DNA of 64,000 nt from Octopus sinensis (Eukaryota). The translations under genes were made by a program, and so were the position numbers. Every line of letters starts with the position of its first letter. The first letter of the stretch is position 1. This document shows, one piece after another, positions 53,850 to 64,000 of the stretch. Under the pieces are notes generated by a model that saw only the letters and a list, made by a program, of their open reading frames with translations, was not told the DNA's origin and did not search any database. The stretch covers positions 63,748,464 to 63,812,463 of the forward strand of contig NC_043011.1 in the NCBI RefSeq assembly GCF_006345805.1, given 5' to 3'.

Positions 53850-55066
53850 CAAACAAGTGTTTATGATGCCGAGGTTGTACTTACGAGTCTGGTTTCGGAG
53901 AAAATATTTAATTGTAAGGACTTTCTGAAATGAAAGATTCAACGTGTAACGATATTTGAAGTTACTATAAAATTGCTTAACTTAATAAGCGTAAACACTG
54001 TTGTGTGGTTTAGATGTTAACTTCTATATTATAAGCTTATGGATTTGATATCAGTGTACCTAGTTTGGTCAAATGTTTTCTGCTAAAGGTTAGTGAACGG
54101 AATTTCCTAGACAGAAACTGTGTGGAAACTTCAAGGAAAATTCTCCTTTCTTGAAGGTGACTCGGTTTATGAATCGACAGGTTAAACTACAAATCTCAGC
54201 CTTTGGCTACATTAAGAGGAATCCATTGTTTTCTTCTCAATACTTCCACGCTTTCTGTCACAGTCGTACCACCATGGAAATATTAATGGACATTATTTAC
54301 ATTCTTTCCATTTTTTCCGTCAAAATGTAAATAATGTAAATAATGTACATAATGATTCCTCATCTCCTAAATATTGGTATCCAGGACAGCAATTTCGTGC
54401 TGATGGAATTGCACTATAAAATCGAACCTACTTAATGAGGTATACGTTATATCATTGACCCCGGTCCTCGAATGGATGCTAAGTAAAGTAGACCTCGTTA
54501 TGATATGAACTCTGAATGCAAGAGTTTGAAGAAATACACATGGATATTGTATGATGTTTTAACGTTTCATCCAGCTCACCGATTTAATATATTCGGATAT
54601 ATGCAGAAAGTCAGCAGTTTTAAAAAGTGGTATTGATTGATTATATCGATCTCTGTAGGTGATTTATACATTAATGTATTAATCTGATACTAATGAAGGG
54701 TAAATTTAGCTCGGTGGTGCTTCAGCTTGGCACCATGAGAGGAGGAAAAATAACGCAAAGTATTTCATTTAATGTAATGAAAATAATCTCATTTCATCTT
54801 CCTAGCACTGTAAATAATACCATTTCTACTATAGGCACAATGCCTGGATTTTTTAGATCGACACCAGTACACAACTGGTACTTAAATGATCGACTCCGAA
54901 AGGAAGAACGGTAAAGTCGTCCTCGGTGGAATTTGAATTTAGGACTTAGAGACGATCAAAATACTGCTATGAACTGTATCCGGTGTGCTATCGATTCTTC
55001 CCGTTCATCCGCTTAAACTTGCTATCAATATATCAATATTAATTACTTTGCTATAAAAGATCTTAC

Positions 55067-55155
55067 CGACACATTCAGTTTCCAAAATTTCATCGAAATA
55101 TTGTAAGCATGCTTTATCTTTTCCTTTCATACAGTTGCGGTAGTTTCTGAGACGC
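55067..55155 (-). CDS. Paralog P4 exon 3: RLRNYRNCMKGKDKACLQYFDEILETECV
   Basis: Acceptor tttttattttcag|G and donor G|gtaaga. 89 nt, phase 2 to 1, C-x7-C-x11-C; YFDxI shared with P3. Confidence 0.88.
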
Positions 55156-56991
55156 CTGAAAATAAAAATGTGCCTACGATATTATACTAGAAAAATGGAT
55201 GTCAATATTTGGCGATTTATTTTTTTTCAATCTCATGTGAATAATCTTTTATTATTCCTAAATAATTCCTAACTTTAGAGACTGATGCAAATGAAGCGAA
55301 ACATGAAATTGATATTTTTTCTATCTCGACAAGGAACTGGATTTACATTTCTGATGATCAACCCGAATCTTTAGAGTTTTGGGAGATAAACCTTGGAAAG
55401 TTTTCCTTTGCACCGCTATGCACATTACATTCGTTATACCACTTTGCATTCTATTAATGCAATGCTTGTATTACATAAATTCATATCCTCAACAACATTA
55501 GAATATATTAGAGTACTTTGTATAGTAGAAAATACGGTATAATGATATTGCACACAAATGAAGCTACCTTAACACTTTGAGCTCTGACCTCCTGAACATT
55601 ATTTGACCATATACCTGGCACTCAACTGGTACTCTACCGGTAGAACGGTACTACGGCATAGAGAAAAATAAGCCATCCAATGGTAAACCGGTGTTACGGG
55701 ATCAAAGGGTTAAGATAACCACTTAAAACACCAACTGTTACTAATTTCAGGTTATTCTTCCTCACAGTCACAGATCCCTTTTATACATTGTGATTCTCTT
55801 CAAGTAACACATTCTACGTGAAGCTCAACAGCAGTTATGTGCAACCTAGTTCACGTTTTAATTCTCGGTGTTTAAAAGGCACAGAATAATGTCTTGTTCC
55901 TTTACCGGTTCGTTAAGGGTTTCATATTATTAAGAGTTTATAATAAGCAACTGGTAGTAAATACATTCTTTACTGAGGTCTATGGGCAAAAGCCAACCTG
56001 CTTTCTTAGAACATCCATCCTTAGGTAGCTTTGAATGAAAAGAGAAAAGCAGGTCGAAACCCCAGTTTCACAAATTCATCTTAAGCCTATAAATCTAGTA
56101 TGTTGTGAATACACATCACTTGAAAACAAGTGTTCTCCGAAATGAAATATGGCAGCGGTTAGTATAGTCACGTTCAGATCTGCATTAACGTGTTAAAAAT
56201 AAATAGGCACGCCATTTCATTGTTTCGATTGGGGCCGTTCTCTGTGCATATTATTACTTATATTACAACTGAAATAGATTGAAGTAAATGCCTCATCCCA
56301 AACCAAGAACAAATCCTATAAGAATACGGGCCTCGGTATGAGTACAGAATATATCGACATATATTGCTTTCGCCTTTTTCAAGCCAAGCCCTAGCCAGGC
56401 TCATGGGCCCGGTTTCCCGGTTTCTGTGGCGTATGTGTTTCCCCCAACTGGACAGGACGCCAGTCCATCGCAGCGTTAGGGAGAGTGAGGGGAAGTTGTG
56501 GCGAAAGATTACAGCAGGGGTCACCACCACCCGCTGCCTCGTGGAGCTTTAGGTGTTTTCTCTCAATAAACACACACGACGCCCGGTCTGGGTATCGAAA
56601 ACGCGATCCTCCGACCGCTGGGCCATTGCGCCTCTACATATCGACATATACGTAACAAAATACTTCAGTAATAACAAATATGAAGTCTTATTACACAGGA
56701 TACTGTTCTTATTATATAACAAACCCCAAACTAAACAGTACCGACGTGTCAGTGATTTGGGCAACCGTAGCTTAAATAACATTAAGGATAGATATTTATG
56801 ATAATGTTTTCTAACATTGATAGATAAAGAGGTTTAGTCGATTATATCGACCTGAAGTGCTCATTTCTTACTCATTTAATCGACACTGGAAGCGATGGAA
56901 ATGCAAAGTTGCTAAACATTTTTCAGAACGCGGCTTTAAATAGAAATGCTAATAATACAAATATGAATGAAGAATCTAAAGTTATGCTTAC

Positions 56992-57091
56992 ATGCACGTG
57001 TGGAGCTTTGTATTACGATCAAGGGGACCTTTCGGGTCTGTCAGGCACATCTGTTTAGCTTTCAGGGTACACTTGTGTGACAAAGCAGCAC
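56992..57091 (-). CDS. Paralog P4 exon 2: (G)AALSHKCTLKAKQMCLTDPKGPLDRNTKLHTC(M)
   Basis: Acceptor catttcgcctgaag|GT and donor AT|gtaagc. 100 nt, phase 1 to 2, C-x7-C-x16-C; KAKxMC shared with P3. Confidence 0.88.
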
Positions 57092-57123
57092 CTTCAGGCG
57101 AAATGTAAAATAGCTCAATTAAG

Positions 57124-57293
<170 letters not shown>

Positions 57294-57934
57294 GCAAAAA
57301 GCAAAACAATAACATCAACGATATTCCTTTCTAGTATAGAGACAAGGTCTTACATTTTGCTAACGGTTCTACCGGTTCACCGCATTAGTAGTCATGCGAA
57401 TAATAATAAATTGTTATACGTAAAATGTGGATACTTCCGTGTATGAACATATTTGCTATTAATGTATACACACGCAGACACATAAACACAAACGCAGACA
57501 CACATATACACACAGTGTTTTTTTTTCATTTTGGAGGGACACCTACAAAACCTTTAGAGTCAGTCCGGTTAATTTTTTTTCCATTCAATAAATGATCTAC
57601 ATTAGCTTTTAATTTGTAAACAATACAACAGACAGAATAATCAACAATTTAAAACATTTTACGACATCATAAAATTAACCATTCAACATGAACTGGTATA
57701 TAATCCTATACGAGGCGAAATGTGGCCTGATTCGTACATGAAATTATTAGAACGTCAAGTAACATTTAAGATTATCTAAAATATAGATTTACATTTTACG
57801 TATTTCGTAAGTGCACAGTTTAACATTAAAAGGACAAACATCCCATTATCTGCATATATATGCATATGATGAGATTATTAACATATTGATTCAACAACGT
57901 GCGACTTAAACATATGTATATATGTATAACATCG

Positions 57935-58071
<137 letters not shown>

Positions 58072-58165
58072 CAAGTCGTTTTGGTATGCTGTTAATAAGG
58101 CAGAAAGAAATGATTTGTTATTTGTTCACGTCGAAACGGAAATAATTTTGTGTATGTTAACTTAC

Positions 58166-58202
58166 CGACCAGAAGGAGACAGAGAAATACCACGAATTTC
58201 AT
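58166..58202 (-). CDS. Paralog P4 exon 1: signal peptide MKFVVFLCLLLV(G)
   Basis: ATG AAA TTC GTG GTA TTT CTC TGT CTC CTT CTG GTC G|gtaagt. 37 nt, phase 1, with TATA and Inr-like motifs just upstream. Confidence 0.88.
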
Positions 58203-58236
58203 TTTGGATTTTCGTAAGAAACGAGAAATAACAGTT

Positions 58237-58265
58237 GTGATAAGATCCACTTCCAGTCTTATATA
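58237..58265 (-). promoter_or_regulatory. P4 core promoter: TATATAA plus Inr-like TCAC
   Basis: TATATAA at 58265-58259. The A of TCA at 58238 is 27 nt downstream of the first T, and the ATG is at 58202. Confidence 0.55.
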
Positions 58266-58745
58266 CAATACATAAATTACACCAGGTGTCCAAAATCACA
58301 TTCTTTAGAAAAAATAAGAAGTCGAGGAACAATAAGAGACCCAATTCCTTTAAAGTGCGTAACTCAATACAAAAGCAGTATATTTGGTGTACTGGTACTA
58401 AGGATCTCTCATGAATTAGGTTTTGTATATATTTTGTGTTTTAAATAGGTTTAGGTCTGAATGAATTTATAATATATTTTAAACACCTTTTGTCCCGATT
58501 CGTTATCATATATTGATTCTACGGAACGAACTTAACAGCTTATCGAGCGTTTAATTCTATAGCTAAATGAGCACTTAAAGAATGGATATACAATGGTGTA
58601 ATACACACACATATAAAGTATATGTGTGACCGAAAACATGAACTTACACTTTCACGTATGTTTATAGGAACATGACCAGTTTGTAGAAATTTAATCCCCA
58701 ATAATGGGCTCTACAAAACATATTTTTCCCGAATATCTGTCTAGC

Positions 58746-58917
<172 letters not shown>

Positions 58918-59049
58918 CATACATATATACATATATATATACATAGCTTAGCGTCTAAAATTTCCCTAATGAATGAAGATTTGAATTTCTGTCTGGTTGG
59001 ATTAAACACATTCCCTGTTGTTCGATATATTATGTAAATACTCTCCTCA

Positions 59050-59630
59050 GAGATTTGAAAAGAACGTGAGAACACAACAGCAAAGTATATTGCAAAGAGG
59101 GTGGGTGCATCAATATCTCATTGCTTTACTCCCTTTTCCATGGCAAATGATTCAGAGAACCTTCCAGCAAAGTTAACTCTAGCTTTCATATCTTGATGCA
59201 AATTCCTGATCAATGTTTACAAATTTTTCTGGCCAAGCTGTTTTCATTAGAATTAGTCACAGAGCGTTTCGATTGACATTATCGAATGCTTTGCTCAAAT
59301 CTACCAAGCAAGATTCAGTTCAATGCACTTTTATTGTAATTGTCTGAAAGGAAATATACAATCAGCTGTGTCCCTGGAGGAACGAAAGCCATACTGAGAC
59401 TCAGACACTCTGTTTGGAACTATGAATATATTTAAACGTTCTAACAACATGCGAGCAAGTACCTTTCCAACGTCAGACAAAAGCGAAATCCCACGAAACT
59501 TTGCACACAGATCATTTGGCCCCGATTTATACAAGGAGCCTAAAATGACATCAATCCAGTCTTGAGGTACTTTCTCAGTTCTCCAACAGTGACAGATTAA
59601 TATATTTGAGAGTTCAAACATTTTGCCATC
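59050..59630 (-). mobile_element. RTE (BovB-like) reverse transcriptase fragment
   Basis: VPQDW...FRGISLLSDVGKVLARMLLERL...ESQYGFRSSRDTADCIFPFRQLQ. Confidence 0.85.
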
Positions 59631-59689
59631 TACATATTTCTAGCAACAGCACTCTGCAGCATGGAACACAAGCAGGAGTTCCTAGTCAT

Positions 59690-59990
59690 GGCTGTGAGAC
59701 CATTTCTGCGACCACATCACCCCGCAACACCTGGCCACCTAACTCCCCAAATTGCAATCCCCTTGATTATTATGTGTAGGGTGCAATCGCGCAAGTGACC
59801 AACGAAATTCCTTCTAACACCAATGATGAAATGAAGGCAACGATTATGGCAGCATTCACCATTTTAAACAAGGATTCCGCCGAGAGGAGTTCCAAGTGAT
59901 CCCCAAGATGTCTGGAAACTGTGGTCGAAGCCAACGGCGATGTTCTTGAATGGATTTACTCTTTAATATTTCAAAATATATTTTTTTCCT
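59690..59990 (+). mobile_element. Tc1/mariner transposase C-terminal remnant
   Basis: WPPNSPNCNPLDYYV*G resembles the WPPxSPDLNPLDYxVWG motif. Confidence 0.7.
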
Positions 59991-60281
59991 GTTGGAAATC
60001 ATATCTGTTAAAATCTGATGTCAGTGTTATTTTCATTTTGGCGTAATTTAGACTCCAGTTTATTCACCGCATTCTGTATTAAGGCATAAAACTAGGTATT
60101 ATTATTTTTCTATCTATAACTGTTGAAGTCTAACAACCTGATGCTTCATCAGTTATCGACTGAGAGCGTTTTGTAGTATGTAATGCATTTTCCATTTATC
60201 GAATAACAGAAAACCAATATCCCTACTTCTGTTCATAGTAAGTATATAAGAATATATATATATATATATACATGTGTGTGT

Positions 60282-60339
<58 letters not shown>

Positions 60340-60595
60340 GTATATATATATATATATTAACAATTGAGGATAAAATCTTTAAAAGAAATTATCAGTAGTC
60401 AGCGTGAAAAACCTCGTAAGAGAAAAAATCCGTAAATTCTTCCTCTTTGAAAATATTCATTTATATTATATTGAGGGTACTACTATTCGTAGATACCAAC
60501 ACGCTAAGAGGGACCAATGCGGCCAAAACTACTAAAAATAAACAAAATTTTACTGAATGCAAAACTTCAAACACATCATTTTAAAAAAGAATTCA

Positions 60596-60660
60596 GTTAC
60601 ATATCACATGGGATTTCGCATTTAAATGCAGAATATGCATTTTATGTTCATCAGTGCAAC
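60596..60660 (-). ncRNA. Mirror-image hammerhead-like motif in the left arm
   Basis: Reverse complement copy of 60737-60801 with one extra stem III mismatch (UCCC instead of UCAC). Confidence 0.55.
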
Positions 60661-60736
60661 AAACTCAAGAAATATAAGAGAAAAACATAACATCGAGCTT
60701 GTAATGTTATGTTTTTCTCTTATATTTCTTGAGTTT

Positions 60737-60801
60737 GTTGCACTGATGAACATAAAATGCATATTCTGCATTTAAATGCGAAATCACATGTGATATGTAA
60801 C
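60737..60801 (+). ncRNA. Type I hammerhead-ribozyme-like motif
   Basis: Stem I GUUGCA/UGUAAC; core CUGAUGA (60743-49); hairpin stem II (60750-79); GAAA; palindromic stem III AUCACAUGUGAU; AUA triplet with predicted cleavage after 60795. Position 10.1-11.1 is A-C rather than the usual G-C. Confidence 0.65.
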
Positions 60802-60925
60802 TGAATTCTTTTTTAAAATGATGTGTTTGAAGTTTTGCATTCGGTAAAATTTTGTTTATTTTTAGTAGTTTTGACCGCATTAGTCCCTCTTAGCGTGTTG
60901 GTATCTACGAATAGTAGTACCCTCA

Positions 60926-60992
<67 letters not shown>

Positions 60993-63619
60993 AGATGTAT
61001 GTACATATTTAAATATATATATATACACACACATATATATACACACACACACACAAGCGTAATGATAGATATATATTTATACGTAGACATATTTATGTAC
61101 TTATATTTATGTATTAATATTTTTGCACCAGTTTACACGTTCACACACATTAGCATATGCATGTGTTTGCGCGTGCGTCTGTGAGCAGCACACGCAACGT
61201 ACAGATAATTTCCATTGTTTTTTTTGTAGCTTGGTTTCATTCTGTATAATTGTTTCCATCTATTCCAGCTGTAACTGCAAATGTTCGATCCTTTTCAGCT
61301 GCTCTGGGAATTCTTGCAAGTGATCGCATGACGTATTGATTTCCTTATTTTTCTAATAAGGATGTTTGAAAAATATCTCTTACGGGTTTTGTTTTGGAGC
61401 GCAATTGAAATTATTGTATTCAAGAGAATTTTGTACACCTTACGAAATGGGGATCGACCGCAAAAATGTCCAAACGCAGCAGTTTACGCGTTGAGAAAAC
61501 TTCTCGGTTGTGTTGTTGATTCCATATCTGACATCCACGTTGAAATAAGATACGTAATGCTATCCTGAATTAATATTATTTTCAATTTTTGCACAAAACC
61601 AGCTATTTCAAGGGACGGGTTAAGTCGATTACATCTACTCAGTGTTCACCCCGAAATGATGAAAGGCAAAGTCGTCCTCGGCGGAATTTGAACAGAAATT
61701 GTAAGCTTGCACTAATCACAGCAAAGCATTTTTCGAGTGATCTTAAAATTAAGAGCCACCTCTTCGCTCTCCGAGTCTGAAATGATATTGCTTCTGTCGC
61801 TAATAAGGATTTTTTCGCAAATAGATATATCAAATGTTAACCGCATAATATAGTGTTAAATATAGGCGCAGACGTTTGTGTGTGGTAAGACGCTTGATAA
61901 CCCTCACCACATTGTTCCGTGTTCAATATCAGAACGTGACCCCTTAGGCAAGTGTCTCCTGCTGTAGCCTCAGCCTGACAAAAGATTTGAGAGTGTATTT
62001 GGGGGTAGGAAATTGAAAGAAGCCAATCGTAGGAATATATGGGTGTGTGTATGTGTGTGTGTGTGTGTGTGTTTGTGTCTGTGTATGTGTGTGTGATTGT
62101 GGGTGTATGTGTGTGTACATGTGTATGTGTATGTAGTTTGTATTTCTCCCCAACTACCTCTTGACAACACTTTTTTGGTGTGTTTACGTACCTGTAACTT
62201 AACGGTTCGAAAGGGTCACCGATGCAATAAGGATGAGGCGTGACAAATTTCTTAAAAATGGGTTCGATTCATTCCAATAACAATACTTCAAGGCGGTGCC
62301 CTAGTATGGCCATTGCCTAGAGAATGATGTACATAAAAGATAAAAGATGATGTAATATGGACAATATGTATACTCGGCCATTTGTCTAGCAGTCGGTTAT
62401 AGCAACGCACTGTAGCATATTCAAGATGCATTTCATTAAATAGTAATGAAGCTATGTAAATTACATTCTTTCCATTTGGATTATTAAGCAGTAAATCATG
62501 TTGGATGAGCTTAACAATGATTTAATATTCACTGATATTCACTACTCATAATGTATTCGGCTGTTATTATTTCTGGAGGAGGACCTCAGCTATATAAATT
62601 ATATAACTACGGAATTCTTTAATCATACAATACATCTGCTTTCATAATCACTCATATACATTTGTTTCTGTTAGAAATTCTTGTGTCTGTATATATATAT
62701 ATGTGTGTGTGTGTGTATTTATATAAATAAGGATAAGATCGTTAATTTAAATATCGACCTTATCAGGTGTCCAGCAGGGAAATAAAAACCTTCAAAGGTA
62801 ATAATTATTACTAAAATTATAATATACGGTATCTAAGAGATACCGCCACGCTGGAAATAGCAGCCAGAACCTGACTCTAAAACTACATTAAATCTTCATA
62901 CAGTACCAGGAGGGAAGACAAAATAAACCAGCAAAAAATTACTGGATTATTCCAGATCCCGGATTTCTGACTTTGCATAAGAAATGCTTTGCCTCGTCAG
63001 TGGAATATACGCAGACAGTAACATAATTTTTTTGCTAGTTCATTTTGTCGTTTAGTCTTCTCTCCTGGTGCTGTATGAACATTTAATGAGGTTTTAGAGT
63101 CAGGTTTTGGCTGCTATATCTCCAGGTCGGTTTCTCTTAAATACCGTAAATTATAATTTTATACATATTGAAATATATTTCTGTTTATTCAAACTTTTAA
63201 ACACTTCGTATCGCATGTGCATTCAGGTACACATACACGCAACCAGAGAAGTACACATACATGTAGATAAGCTTTCACTCGTCGATTACAGATGTTTTGA
63301 CGAAATAAGCTATCTACTTACTGATTATTCGCAGAAACGTTTGAGGCTTATGCAGATATGGGAAATATCGACGTAATTTGAGACAAAGCAATGTATAATA
63401 CGATTGGCAGGTTGGGTCATACAGACTGACCATGTGAGGGATATCACACGACTACCGTATTATTTCTTCACCGGAATTTAGTAGACACTGGGCCAGATAT
63501 TGACAAAGCATAACGTATATAACTTTTTAATATCGATTAGAAATGTGCGTTATAATGTTACGTGAACTTCCACACACTTTCACGAACAGTCACACACACG
63601 TATATACACAGGTGTGCTA

Positions 63620-63687
<68 letters not shown>

Positions 63688-63719
63688 TGATTCGTACACG
63701 CACATATATACACACACAT

Positions 63720-64000
63720 CATCATCATCATCATTGTTCGAGCGTGGTCGAGACAATGGAATATACCATGCTACGCCAGACTTCACGGTCCATCATGGCA
63801 TTACGGAGGTCCTGTTGCTGGATGCCTGTATCCCTGGAGATTACATCAGGGTAGGAGAGTGTGCGCCTTCTGGTATTGCGAGTAGATGACTTCCAGAGGA
63901 GAAGAGTAGAAATTACCTCTTTTTCAGCTCTACAACAATGTCCAGCAAACTGGACTCTCTTACCTTTCACAAGAGATGACACAGGTGGTAGTTTCCCATA
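63720..64000 (-). mobile_element. RTE-superfamily LINE 3' end, running off the window
   Basis: FAGHCCRAEKEVISTLLLW...DVISRDTG...MMDREVWR then a (TGA)n tail. Confidence 0.75.

Larger units (their letters stand above)
60462..60935. repeat. Near-perfect palindrome: 232 bp arms, 10 nt spacer
   Basis: Arms 60462-60693 and 60704-60935 pair with four mismatches by my count; spacer cgagcttgta. Confidence 0.92.

Noticed and set aside
54182-54186. gtag|TTTAA as the P4 terminal exon, like P2/P3
   Set aside because: Purine-rich upstream with no polypyrimidine tract and no UTR homology; weaker than the 47551 and 52760 candidates, though not excluded.

Overview
AT-rich, repeat-dense eukaryotic DNA. It contains long (TA)n, (CA)n, (GATA)n and (TAA)n microsatellites, several tRNA-derived SINE families, and decayed CR1, R4/Dong, RTE, Tx1-like, Penelope and Tc1/mariner elements. 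This repeat landscape resembles octopod (Octopus) genomes; that is an inference from recalled SINE sequences, not a database hit. Almost all ORFs in the supplied track are microsatellite or TE artefacts. Split into short exons that the track cannot show, the minus strand carries a head-to-tail cluster of four paralogous genes (P1-P4) for small secreted cysteine-rich peptides of about 77-78 aa. Each has a 37-40 nt signal-peptide exon (phase 1), a 100 nt exon (phase 1 to 2), an 89 nt exon (phase 2 to 1; not found for P1) and a very short terminal coding exon. The framework is C-x7-C-x16-C-x8-C-x7-C-x11-C, with very divergent residues between the cysteines. I do not recognise the family. P2 and P3 lie in a diverged tandem segmental duplication (about 12.3-31 kb versus 35.7-45.5 kb). 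There is also a near-perfect 474 bp palindrome at 60462-60935 whose arms each hold a type I hammerhead-ribozyme fold, and several minimal hammerhead-like motifs in Penelope-type repeats. All splice models, alignments and folds were worked out by eye and are unverified.
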